From the NCBI RefSeq assembly GCF_001194135.2, contig NC_068997.1, positions 47,423,627 to 47,487,343 on the forward strand: DNA of 63,717 nt, given 5' to 3'. Shown here piece after piece: positions 24,900 to 36,152 of the stretch. Within the stretch, counting starts at the first letter, position 1, and each line of letters starts with the position of its first letter. This stretch comes from Octopus bimaculoides. Taxonomy: Eukaryota. The translations under genes were made by a program, and so were the position numbers. Under the pieces are notes generated by a model. It worked only from the letters and a program-made list of their open reading frames with translations, was not told the DNA's origin and searched no databases.

Positions 24900-25098
24900 G
24901 AAAGGCTCCCGTGAGGACATAGCACGTTTGTCGGGCAGAGATTTGTGTGGAACTTCCTATCTATTTTGAAGGTGAGAAGTGGTGCGGGAAAGAAAATTCG
25001 AGCATTTATGGCTCCAGAAAACAATTGTGGGATCAGAAATCGTAAATTGCGGATGTGTTTATCTTTCAATAGAAGGACGGACGAGTAGAAGGTGTATA

Positions 25099-25130
<32 letters not shown>

Positions 25131-25700
25131 GAAGAGAGAGAGAGAGAGATAGAGGAATACGGTCTGTAGGTGTGCGCAATGAGGATAGGAGAGCAGTAGC
25201 GTGGTTGATGGCTTGGGACTGGTAGAGTGCAGAGTTCACAACTGATCGAGGACACCGTTGATGCAGAAAGAATTATCGCGCTGTTTCACATTAGGATAAG
25301 AAATCCGAATCAATGCTGCAGAGCAGGCGAAAGCAAAGAGATTTGGAGAATGGTGTCGTGGAGATAGGGGCCAGTAGGCTTGTAGTGGATGGAATTAGGT
25401 AATGTTCATAGTGATGGAGACATTGCGAAAACTAACAGAGGTATCGGATACGGTGGGGATCAATTCCAAGGCAGGGTGAAAGGAGTTAATGAAAGAGATA
25501 AAAGTACTGAGTTATTGTTTGCTAAGTGTGATACCCAAAACACAGTCGACAATATAACGACCTTACATCTCTGGGATGGATCCAGTGAAATGAACAAAGA
25601 TTTGCTCTTCAATGTGGCCTGAAAAGAGGTTTGCATAATTCGGACCCATCCTAGTTCCCATGCTGACCTCTTTGTAAAATTTCCCACTTCAACACATCAG
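24900..25700 (-). mobile_element. Penelope-like element reverse transcriptase remnant
   Basis: VSMGTRMGPNYANLFSGHIEEQIF...PEM*GRYIVDCVLG...FISFINSFHPALEL...DTSVSF and RSVVNSALYQSQAINHATALL...DRIPL match PLE RT motifs (MGTRMGPxYANLF, RYIDD, NSFHPALKF). Split by a CA/CT microsatellite. Confidence 0.88.
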
Positions 25701-26329
25701 TGTGCAGCATTTCCATGCACCATGGGTCCACATACTCAAGGAAACGGAAAGAACTATATTTGAAGTTGGTGCTATGTCACCGAACGTTCTTCCTTCTACT
25801 CCTACACCTCCTCTTAGTTCAATAACCCCTTTCTTATCCCTCAACTATCTTCTCACTTCATCTTTTCCCTTCATTTCAATCACACCTTAGCCCGTTTCTC
25901 CTCGTTCAATTCTTCTTTCCTACTACCTCTCTCACTCAGATTCTCTTTCTTACTCAGAAAATAAAGTTTCTGAATTGCTCAGAGAGCTCGCTAGATGTTG
26001 GTGATTGTTTTTATTGCCTAATTAACATAATTATAATTGATATAATCAGTGCAAGGGATTGACTATGGCAGAAGCATATTTTCTAGAATAGAGACGTTGA
26101 AAAGTCCAGTCACGTGTTACCTTTGCTGGCAATAAAGAGCTTCTTTCTAAGAGTGTAAGTCAGGCTGAACGAAACAAGTATTAGAATTGTAATGGTGCAT
26201 GACAGTGGGGCATGACCATTTATTGTAGATATGAAAAACTGGAGGGGATAATCCCAGATGCGTCATTGCAATCTAGAGTATAAGTGTACTGAGAAAACGG
26301 CTGGAAATACATGCATTGACCGAAATGCG

Positions 26330-26510
26330 TACGAGGGAGTGGGTGCTGAAAAGTTCTTGGCTTTTAGGGCATGGCGAAAGGCTTGGTTGCAGGACCAACC
26401 TTCCGAGTTCTTTCACAGAGTTTAGAAAAACTCAAGGTCCACTGCAACAAGTGTGTGAATCTGAGAGGGGAATATGTTGAATGATTAATAGATCTTTCAT
26501 TCGTATGTTT
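26330..26510 (+). mobile_element. Mariner-derived non-autonomous element
   Basis: TACGAGGG..tgctgaaaagttcttggc terminus joined to a transposase C-terminus (LEKLKVHCNKCVNLRGEYVE*). Confidence 0.75.
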
Positions 26511-27169
26511 TCCTTTTATAATTTTTTCATTCGAGAGTAAATGTAATTTCATAGTTCGTTTCATCTCGTTGATAATATATATTTTTATGTACAGCTTGTC
26601 TACTATTGCGCAAACCAACTTGGACGATTTGCTCAAGATGGTGACCGTAAGTAACATCATCTAGTAATTGGTCCCTCGTGACTATTATCTCAAAACGAGG
26701 GATCTGTACTGAAGGCTTGGCTATAATCTAAATTTCTTGCCTTATTGATGTTCAACACCAGGATAGACACTTAAAGGTTCGTTGGTCTCTTAACATGTTT
26801 GCACACTTGTAAAGTATTCATAAAATCTGTATTTTTTACTATCTTTACTATTTCTACGGCTGTTACAATCATTCACAATCATTTTGCAGTTCTTTTGGGA
26901 GAACAGCTACAGTTTCAAGTACTTCTGCTGTTATTACAGTTTTCAAAATCGCAATTCCTGTTATTATTGTCGTTGTTGTTGTTACTGCTGCTCCTGTTGA
27001 TGTTGCTGCAGCAACTGCTGCAGAAACTAATTTATTTTGCGGCATCCATCTGTGACTTTGGTTGAGGAAATAAATGCATTTCGTAACATCTTTAATATAG
27101 AAATAGCAAACGTTTTAATAACTTTAAGTATTAAATTACTTTTAAGTAATTTCATACATAGGACAGATA

Positions 27170-27375
27170 CACACTCATACAATACACACGCACACACACA
27201 CAGATACAGACACACACACATTATATATGTATGTATATATGTATGTATATATGTATATTTATATATATATTATATAAATACACATATATATGTATGTATT
27301 ATGTATTATATATGTATGTATTTATATAGGCATGCGCGCTCGCACACACGCACGCACACACACACACACAATGCT
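27170..27375. repeat. Compound (CA)n/(TA)n microsatellite
   Basis: Direct. Confidence 0.9.
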
Positions 27376-27879
27376 GATAAATTTCTTAGTGCAAAAAGAC
27401 ATATTTCTTTGTCAAAGATTTAAAAAGAACAATGAAAAAGGACAAAAAAATATTATCTAATTTAGAGTAGTGATATATTAAATATTTTATACTTAAACCT
27501 ATTTAGTACTATAAAATAGGAATTTCGTTATACATATTAAAATACTTCTGTTCAAAAGTAAAATAAAATAAAAGCGTAGATGAATTTTTAGGGAGTTTAA
27601 TTGTATTGGATTGCGATTTGAAAGTCATAACAGCTGAGGAAAACAAGTCATCTATAAGATATTCTTTTATGATGTGGAATATATTCAAACATTATCATGA
27701 TCAAATTACTAGAAAATAAAACCTTCACATTCAGTAGCATCATTCAACAAGTTCAATCTTTGAAACAAACTTAGTCTGGTCGAGAATCGTAAGAAATGCC
27801 TCCTCTTGCACCTGTGGGACCTTTTGATGTTACAGAGAAAAGTGGTAAATTTGAACAATCTAATCAATAAGTGCAAGTT

Positions 27880-28045
27880 TGACTGTGTGCTAAGAAGCTT
27901 GCTTCCCAACCACATAGTTTAGAGTTCAGTCCCATTGTGTGGCAGGTAAGGAAAGCGTCTTCTTCTATAGTCTCAGGCCAACCAAAACCTTGTGAGTGGA
28001 TTTAGTAGACGGAAAATGAAAGAGGCCCGTCGTGTGTGTGTGTAT
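27880..28045 (+). mobile_element. SINE family B, 5' half
   Basis: aagaagcttgcttcccaaccacat...gtagacggaaaatgaaagaggcccgtcg. Confidence 0.8.
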
Positions 28046-28399
28046 ATATATATAATACTAATACTTAAAGTTTGCTTTCTTGCCCTTTGATGAAGATGAT
28101 AAAGATTACAAATAAAACAATCATTTCCCCCTTTAAGAAAAAAAAAGGCGAAAATGTTGACTTGCGTCGGTGACACTTCAAAGAGTCGTCGAAGCTACCG
28201 CCGTTCGTCCATTTTTCTTACTTTCTCTTTTCTTCTCTTAATACAACCCTCGGAGTATCATGAATTGGAAGGCAGAAATTCTCCCTATATTTTTGGAATC
28301 GCGGGTACTTGATTTTTTTTTCTTAAAGGGGAAAATTACCATTTTTTTCAAAATAAAATATCAATCTTTATCATCTTAATCAAAAGGCAGGAAAACAGA

Positions 28400-28765
28400 C
28401 AGAGAGGCTATCTATTTATAGACGAAGATCAGTTGCAATGAGAGAAGTTGAATCTCATGAGAATGGAAAGACAAAAACTACAAATGGGTTGTACCTTATA
28501 ATGAAACTATTTTAAGAGTATTCGAATGTCACTGCAACATTGAAATCGTTGTCTCTGTGAGGTCAATTAAGTATGTCATCAAGTACACGTTGAAAGGAAA
28601 TGACCAAGCTGCTGTCCAAATAAACAATGATAACGAAATTAGTCAGTATCTAATCGGTAGGTATATTGAACCATCCGAAGCAATTACATCCATTTTAGGA
28701 TTTTCGATTCACGAAAGAGCGCCTGCAATATTGAGACTGCAAGTTCATCTACAACCTCGAAAATA
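28400..28765 (+). mobile_element. Helitron RepHel remnant (region after the Rep catalytic motifs)
   Basis: IYRRRS, then (frameshift) KWVVPYNETILRVFECHCNIEIVVSVRSIKYVIKYTLKGNDQA...EISQYLIGRYIEPSEAITSILGFSIHERAPAILRLQVHL. This matches the Helitron YRRR / WVVPYN / HINVE / KYLFKYIYKG / RYVSAPEA / RLPVHL series. Confidence 0.9.
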
Positions 28766-29384
28766 TTAAAATACGGGAACTGTTTTCCAAAGCTAATGCA
28801 GAAATAAGAGAAATAATAACTGAAATAACATTCTGTATTGCTAAAATATCTATAAAACTCTGAATATACAAAAATACAAGTTTCTGTTCTTTTAGAATAG
28901 TATGCCGATATTATTCTCAGAATACTTTCGTTGAAATTATTTTAAGAAATTAGAGTTACTTATAGATTCGAACTTTTTTACGACTTGTTCAAACTGTGAC
29001 CATAACATCATCTGGTAATTAGTCCTTCGTTATATCTCAACACGAGGGGTGTGTATTGAAGGCTTAAATATAATATACACTTCTTGTCTTATTGATGTTC
29101 ATTCAAGTAGCGCTTTAAAAATCTCACTTCAAACTGCAAACCTCACTGATAATGGGTAGAAGATAAAGAATTCAAGAATTCAGAAATTTTTAATCTTTTA
29201 AAGGAAGGTGCAGGCTTTGGTTAGTTCTAGCAATTCCAGTAAGAAAAGAAAATTGCGGTAGATTTCTCAGAGTTTGGCGCTGATAATGACATATCAAAAC
29301 AAATAGAATTAGGCTATAAGCCTAATTATCAAGTTGGTTTAATAATCTAATTAAGTTACTCTTCATATTTGGATTTTTTTTAGC

Positions 29385-30110
29385 TTCTGGGGAAGCAAAT
29401 CAGAGCACGATACGAACGTTTCAAATTTCTTTAAAGCTGCACAACATAATAATCTGACCTTAAACAAACATAAACGTAAATGTGATATAACATATACTAA
29501 CTTCTCATGTTATCGAATTTCACACGCAGATCTACGTTCCGACCCAAAATGTTTTCGACTTCTTGAAGAATCATATGTCATTCAGAATAATAATTACAAC
29601 GGGTACTTGTGTTCTTCACATTTCTAGGCCATTTAGCTCCCTTCTTATCCTTGAAATTTAAACTGTTAGTCGGTGCAAATTCCACCCTACCCCTATCTCA
29701 GAACGTCATAATATGTTAAAATTGATATTAAACGGGCAACAGTGGTCTTATCGATAATTGAAACTGGTGTTTATGATGAAACTATAGTTGCAAAATTATC
29801 ACTGCGTAGTTGACCAGTGTAATTTCTACCAAGATCTTTGGATAATGTTGAACCGTCTTATCTCAGCTCTTACCTTACTATTATAAAAGCTGAAGAAGAT
29901 GGAAATATTTCCTCACAAAATATTTGAATTTATGACAAATCAAAGTTCAGTCTTATTTACGCTTGACAATAAATACCGTGAAATTTTTTTATTTTTTATT
30001 TACCTTTTTCTTATTAAATTACAAATTCCTGCACTGGCGAATCAAACTTCGTTCTCTCTTCTACTATAAACTATAGGGCTTTCCTATTAGTAGGTTATCT
30101 CCCTTGGCCA
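29385..30110 (+). mobile_element. Gypsy LTR-retrotransposon pol remnant (RT C-terminus and RNase H)
   Basis: SEHDTNVSNFFKAAQHNNLTLNKHK...YRISHADLRSDP (cf. EEHDxNLxxFLxAAxxxNLTxNxxK...GYxISxGxxxPDP), RWKYFL, FMTNQSSVLFTLDNK, LHWRIKL. Confidence 0.72.
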
Positions 30111-30181
30111 GGCGGCGCTCCATGTAGACAATTAAACTTCCGCAGACTATCCACGCTATTGTTATTGTTTTACGTCTTATC

Positions 30182-30349
30182 ATGGTACTTATCGAAGTAC
30201 TTACTGTGCCTGAGTTAAAGAAATATTTAAGATTATATGGACAGTATATTACTGGAAGAAAGGCGGACTTGACTGAAAGGTATAAAAATTCTGTCGATGA
30301 AGAATGTCAACAAAGTAAATTCATCGGACGATACTTCAGACAGGAATAA
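30182..30349 (+). pseudogene. Short ORF with a SAP-domain-like motif, probably a transposon-protein N-terminus remnant
   Basis: MVLIEVLTVPELKKYLRLYGQYITGRKADLTERY fits the SAP consensus LTVxELKxxLxxxGLxxSGxKAxLIERL. An overlapping frame continues KLISPLGEVLPDHNLL. Confidence 0.55.
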
Positions 30350-30414
30350 GCAGAAGCTTATATCTCCTCTCGGTGAAGTATTGCCTGATCACAATCTGCT
30401 TTCAGCATAGTTTT

Positions 30415-30676
30415 NNNNNNNNNNNNNNNNNNNNNNNNNNNNNNNNNNNNNNNNNNNNNNNNNNNNNNNNNNNNNNNNNNNNNNNNNNNNNNNNNNNNNN
30501 NNNNNNNNNNNNNNNNNNNNNNNNNNNNNNNNNNNNNNNNNNNNNNNNNNNNNNNNNNNNNNNNNNNNNNNNNNNNNNNNNNNNNNNNNNNNNNNNNNNN
30601 NNNNNNNNNNNNNNNNNNNNNNNNNNNNNNNNNNNNNNNNNNNNNNNNNNNNNNNNNNNNNNNNNNNNNNNNNNNN
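30415..30676. other. Assembly gap (N)
   Basis: N run. Confidence 1.
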
Positions 30677-30737
30677 GGACTCCTATATGCTAGAAATAGA
30701 TGCCGAATCGGCATCTATTTCTAGCATATAGGAATCC
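30677..30737. repeat. Palindrome with 26-bp perfect arms and 1-nt centre, abutting the gap
   Basis: tcctatatgctagaaatagatgccga-a-tcggcatctatttctagcatatagga (30681-30733); extends 4 bp further with one mismatch. Confidence 0.95.
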
Positions 30738-31114
30738 ACTTTTGCTGGTCATTCCTCTTATTTTTGTATGTAATATAATTTTAATCTTCAGATTTTTTTA
30801 ATATGCTAGACCACTGGTTCTAATTGATTAATATCAATTTCTACCCTTATATAAAGAAACATATAGCTAGGCTTACTCGAAATTCCCACATTCATTCAGA
30901 ACATTAACAACAATTTCAATGTATTTATTATTTGAATGCAAAATTCTTTATTAAAAATACCTGTACATCAACACAAAAATTATTAGATTAAACATTCGTG
31001 TTTAGCCCAACGTACACCACTCGAATTTGTTTCCCCTCTTGAATTTTAACATGTTCTAATCTGTTAATGAGGAGATAAATCAAAGAGACATTTCACTCAT
31101 CTACTAACTGCGTA

Positions 31115-31196
31115 TATGATCATGCACTTACTGATATTTTAAATACTTTGTTTTTTCAAACAAAGTATTTAAAATATCAGTAAGTGCATGATCATA
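31115..31196. repeat. Perfect hairpin with 39-bp arms and 4-nt loop
   Basis: tatgatcatgcacttactgatattttaaatactttgttt-tttc-aaacaaagtatttaaaatatcagtaagtgcatgatcata. Confidence 0.95.
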
Positions 31197-31370
31197 CCAA
31201 AAATTAAGCACATTGAATATTGAATTCTTAAAAAATTTACTCAATATGTTTATATCTGTATTTTGGTATAAGAAATAAACATATAAAAAATAGTTTTCCC
31301 CTTTTTATTCGTGACTGAAGAGGCTAAGCTGATTATCTCTCTCGTTCCTGTATAACTACTTCGGCGAATG

Positions 31371-31678
31371 TGAAGGCGCATGGCTTAGTGGTCCGGGTAT
31401 TCAGCTCGCAATAGCAAGCGCATGAGTTCGATTCTTGGCAGCGTGTTGTGTCCTTGAACAAGACACTTTATTTCATATTGCTCCAATCTACTCAGCTGGT
31501 AAGAATGAGCTGTACTTGTAATTTGAAGGCCAACCTTGTCGCATTCTGTGACGCGCTGAATCTCTCTGAGAACTACGAGAAGGGTGTATGTGTCTGTGGA
31601 GTGCTCAGCCACTTGCACGTTGATTTCACGAGTAGGCTCTTCAGTTGATCGGATCAACTGAAACACTGGCCGTCATAA
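31371..31678 (+). mobile_element. Full-length SINE family C
   Basis: gtgaaggcgcatggcttagtgg head, family C body, A tail; acttcggc flanks both sides. Confidence 0.87.
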
Positions 31679-32675
31679 AAAAAAAACTTCGGCAAAAATA
31701 ATTTTACAACTTTTACATAAATCTTTAATATACTCCGATATTAAAAGAATGTTTCATTTTAAAACATTATGTAACCTATCGATTTCTGTGAAAGATGTTC
31801 GGTGAATCTAAACCAATTGCCGTTCCTCTAATAAAACCCTATTTTTTTTTTATATTGCCCGAATAATAGTTCTCTTACAAACGCTATTCGCTCATTTCAA
31901 CACTTGTCAACAGACTTTACGAGTCATAAAGTAATATTTCTTGTGGGGGAGAATGTAAAAGTTAAAAATAGGGGCGGGCAAATTAACATGTTCAATAAAA
32001 TTAAGATAGTTTTAAACTTGTTAAATTTTCCCATTACCATGACAAACAAAGAAATATATGGATGCAAATCTATTTTATCTTCTTGTTAATAAAAAGGTAG
32101 AGGGTAGTCTCCAAAATTTCAGATTTTTCTGTTTTGGTGCACCGAAATAACTGGTATTTATCAGTTTTAGAAGTCCTGCTTTAAAGGATCTCACCTCCTT
32201 TCTATTATTTTGATTGTATACTTACTGTAATGAAAGATTTTCTTATTTATCATTTGCTTATCCATGCTCTGATACAAGTACATTTTCTGTTAGAAAGTGC
32301 CGAACTCATCTCTATTTCTGGAAATATCATCGCTTACTCATTCAGACATTCAAATAGGAGAACCTCCTACGTACCCACCGAGTCGAAACGATTCGTAAAG
32401 AGCTATGAGATTTCTATAGCAGTACGTCCCATTATGATATATTCCTGAGAGAACTTGCGGTGCCAAAGATATATTATCTAAAATTAGCTCTTGAAAACAA
32501 AAGCAAGCATTTTGTGATGGGAGTTGCTGGATGCTTTACAGAATATACGATTACAGTTGCCCAGGTGACACCCAACTCTGGTTTTCTGAGAAGAATTCTA
32601 TCGGGTCATTATTTTCCGGTTGGCTTTCTGAACATGGTGCGGATTATCTAGGGTGTCATGTACGTAATTTAAAAT

Positions 32676-33917
32676 TAGTAGAACTCGTATAACTTCTAGA
32701 GGCTTATACAAATTACGCCCATGTGAAGTATATGAGGTGATCTCAATGAATAAAAATACAAAGAAAATATACTACATTATCTAACATAGGTTGCTTAATA
32801 GTCCTGCAATATATTTCGGGAAAAAGCCCCCATTTTAAATGGAAGAAAATAATCAGTGAGTTCGGAGAAATGTTGTGCTATCGGCAGGCCATTCTGATGT
32901 GCTGTGATATCGATAACAACAAATTTCTTCGAACAAAGTATGAAATGTTTTGATGTAAAATAATCAAGGGGGGAACGGTCCTCAAAAGTAACCCCCAATT
33001 GTTAAGACGAATTGAAGTGGACGCTGGTAAATTTTCCGAAATACTCCACCCCCTCCTAAAACACTTCCCCCAAAGTTTTGTATATTCGGGATCTACATGA
33101 TATAACACATATTCGTAGAAAATTTCATTAAAAAAATATCCATTTTTCTGAAGGTTATTATCATCCAAAGTCGGTGGGTGGGGTGGGGTGGGGATGAATC
33201 TGTAGTTATGCTGACTTAATTTGATATGGGAAGAATTGTAGAAAACAGTATTCAAAGTGATACCATGTAAAGGTAATGAATAGAAGGTTGATCTGGACTT
33301 CAGCAGTATATTGTTTCATTCTATTTCTTCGTCGATTTAATTACAGTATGTAGACCAGATTGAAGTTTTAACCGGTTACTTATTCGTTAATAACTTCCTT
33401 AATGTTAGAACTGTCTGCAGAAAACATTTTGTTGCTTTTTATGACATTTGTGATGCATTTATAAAAAAATATAAGATTTGTGACCGATACGATGACTTGT
33501 GTTTGCCTTGAGTTGATTCCGTCGTTCACATTTTGGGTTATGCAACAGTTTCCCCCCGAACTCCAATGGTAGACAACGTTTTTGAACAACAGAATGTTGT
33601 GATAGATTCTTTCAAAGGCTTTACTAAAATCAAAATATATGATGTCTGTATTTAAACCGTATACCAGAATACTTAAACTACGTCAAAATAGTGTGGAAAT
33701 TAGCCGGTGTTTAGAAAATTGTTGTTCTTCTTCATGCGGTGCCCAGCATGACCACAACCTGCAAGCTGAAACAGGTAAAAGAATAAGTCAGTTATTCTTG
33801 AACTCGCAACTCTCTTTAATACTTTAAAGTTATGTCCAGGGATGACATGTTGGTGATTGTGTTCACAGATAACGCTTAAATTTGTATAAGCCTCTAGAAG
33901 TTATATGAGTACTACTA
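32676..33917. mobile_element. Segment bounded by 39-bp inverted repeats containing a decayed unassigned reading frame
   Basis: IRs at 32676-32714 and 33879-33917 (37/39 identical). The plus frame from 32816 to 33655 has two stretches of about 95-100 codons with one stop each. No TSD found. Confidence 0.4.
33650..33790 (+). mobile_element. SINE family B 3' fragment
   Basis: gcggtgcccagcatgaccacaacc...ctgaaacaggtaaaaga. Confidence 0.6.
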
Positions 33918-34679
33918 GCGATTCAACTTCAGTATAATTCTTGAAGCCCAAAGCAGCATTTTTAACTGTGGCATCTCTATTACTTTCGTATCATTGAGGA
34001 GCATGCTTTGTTCCTTAATCAGAGAACTATGAGCAAATGAGTTGAACAATGTGGGGTTGTATTTGATTTTGTTAATGGCTCAGTCTTCTTGTAAGGCTCT
34101 TCTATTATTGATGGTATTTGCACAGAGGAAACTAATTTTCTTGAACATTCGAGCGTTGTCATTGCTTATCGATTATGGCATCTGTTAGGAGTTTTAGTAG
34201 ACTAATTTTTAAAAAAAATTTATTGAGTTTCCTAATGAGATTTTTGTTTTTGCTCTTGGGAGCTCACATCTGTTTTCGTTCTCTTGCCGTGTTGGGGTGT
34301 GGTTTGAGCGTATGTTCGTAACTATATCCTCAAGCATTTGCCAAGTAGTGATGACTCTGTGTGTGTGTGTGTGTGCGTGTGTGTGTGAAAGACCATTCGA
34401 CAAGTGACATGTCACGTATAATTACTCCCCTGTTTCCTTTGTGCAAATCCCCACTGTCAAATGGGTGTGCTGGAGTGATTGTATTTGGTTTAGTCTTGGA
34501 ATGTTGGAAATGAAGATATGTTATAGATAGTTCTAGAATGACTGCTTAATACATAGTGCAAAGCACTTTTGCTTTGTATCTCGTTGACCCAAGCATCAAT
34601 TTTGCATGGGACATAAAATTATAAATTAAAAAGCGTTTTTACCGCTGCTGCTGCTGAGATGCAATTACTTGGTTTCAAA

Positions 34680-34930
34680 GAATTTACTGGCCGGTCTATA
34701 AAGGGAAGACTGAGGTCACCTATCATTAATAAACTTCCGGAATTGCTCTTTGGAATGAAGGACTTTTTCGTTGAGACAGACACTTCAGGTGGTTTGTACT
34801 ATCCAGTTTATAGTAAGGACCTTAATTCCAATGTGTTTCGAAACAGATTCACAGTAGTCACAGAAAAAAATATTTTTTGCATCCGTAGCAAGGAAGTCCT
34901 TGTTATGCTGCCATGGCATAACTGCGACAC
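34680..34930 (-). mobile_element. LINE apurinic-like endonuclease (APE) remnant
   Basis: Minus strand YKPPEV...LLMIGDLSLPFID resembles the YRPP...GDFNLPxIDW motifs. Confidence 0.45.
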
Positions 34931-34959
34931 TACGCCACTGACTTTATATTATCTTTGAT

Positions 34960-35175
34960 TTTTTAGTTGTTTCGGTCATTAGAATGCGACCACGCTAGGG
35001 CACAGCCTTGAAGAATTTTAGTCGAATGGTACTTATTTTTTTAAAAACCTGGTACTTATTCTATCGGTTTCTTTTGCTGAACCGCTAAGTTACGAGAATG
35101 TAAACACACCAACACCGGTTGTCAAGTTGTCGTGGACACACACACACACATACGATGGGTTCCTTCAAGTTTCCA
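34960..35175 (-). mobile_element. SINE family B 3' portion
   Basis: Reverse complement of the family B tail. Confidence 0.75.
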
Positions 35176-35479
35176 TCTTAATGTTCTTTTTACAGGTAAG
35201 ATGAAATTTTTTATGTTCGCCGCCCGCAAACATTTTTGTCAGTATATATATGTATACAGTGAAGCTTTTCTATAGCGTCGTATATTATCGACTGCTATTT
35301 CCAGTAAATATTGGTGCATTGTTGTACCACTATCCTATATTTATACTTTAACCTCATGGTGCATTGTTTTGCTTGGAAGCAATACTACTAATAATTTTTT
35401 TCTCATTAGGCCAAACATACCTTAATTATATGAAGGTTATATTGTCGCTAAGGAACCCCAAGTTTCCTCGTTGAGGAAA

Positions 35480-35650
35480 CAGTTTGATTCGGATACCGTG
35501 CTACTTCAAGTTTCGCAGGCCCTAACGGTGCCTGTCTCTTCAGGCTCGTGGAATATCTAATATTCACGAATATCCAATATATCCTCAAGAGACAGGCGCT
35601 CCGCCAGGGGCCTGTGAAACTTGAAGTAGCCCGAAATCCAAATCGAACTG
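35480..35650. repeat. Imperfect foldback with about 60-bp arms, MITE-like
   Basis: cagtttgattcggataccgtgctacttcaagtttcgcaggccct..gcctgtctctt pairs with aagagacaggc..agggg.cctgtgaaacttgaagtagcccgaaatccaaatcgaactg. Confidence 0.8.
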
Positions 35651-36027
35651 TGTTTTGAAGAATATATGTAACTCCTAATACATGTGTTGAGTGCCTTTTC
35701 TTTTATTTGTTCACTCACTCATATAAATGCGTAACAGTAGAGGTACAGGTGTCAACCCATTACGGCTGTTTCTAATGACTTCCTTAATTGATTAAAGAAA
35801 ACACTACATCATTACATAGAAACCGATTTCGTCAGATGAATTCATGAACTTCAAGATTAAGGATATTCAAAATGATTTAACATACGTGTTTAAAACCCAC
35901 TGAGCAAAGCATTTCCAGTGATCCTACTAGTATTCTTGTGTGTGTGTGTGTATTTTTCCGACCTAACGAGATGCCTCAGTTTAAGTACCTAATTCAACTG
36001 AGTCTTACTGATATATATATATATATA

Positions 36028-36152
36028 NNNNNNNNNNNNNNNNNNNNNNNNNNNNNNNNNNNNNNNNNNNNNNNNNNNNNNNNNNNNNNNNNNNNNNNNN
36101 NNNNNNNNNNNNNNNNNNNNNNNNNNNNNNNNNNNNNNNNNNNNNNNNNNNN
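36028..36152. other. Assembly gap (N) within (TA)n
   Basis: N run flanked by TA repeats. Confidence 1.

Noticed and set aside
1-28765. Both Helitron pieces as one element
   Set aside because: The order is wrong: the helicase end and 3' terminus lie 28 kb upstream of the Rep fragment on the same strand.
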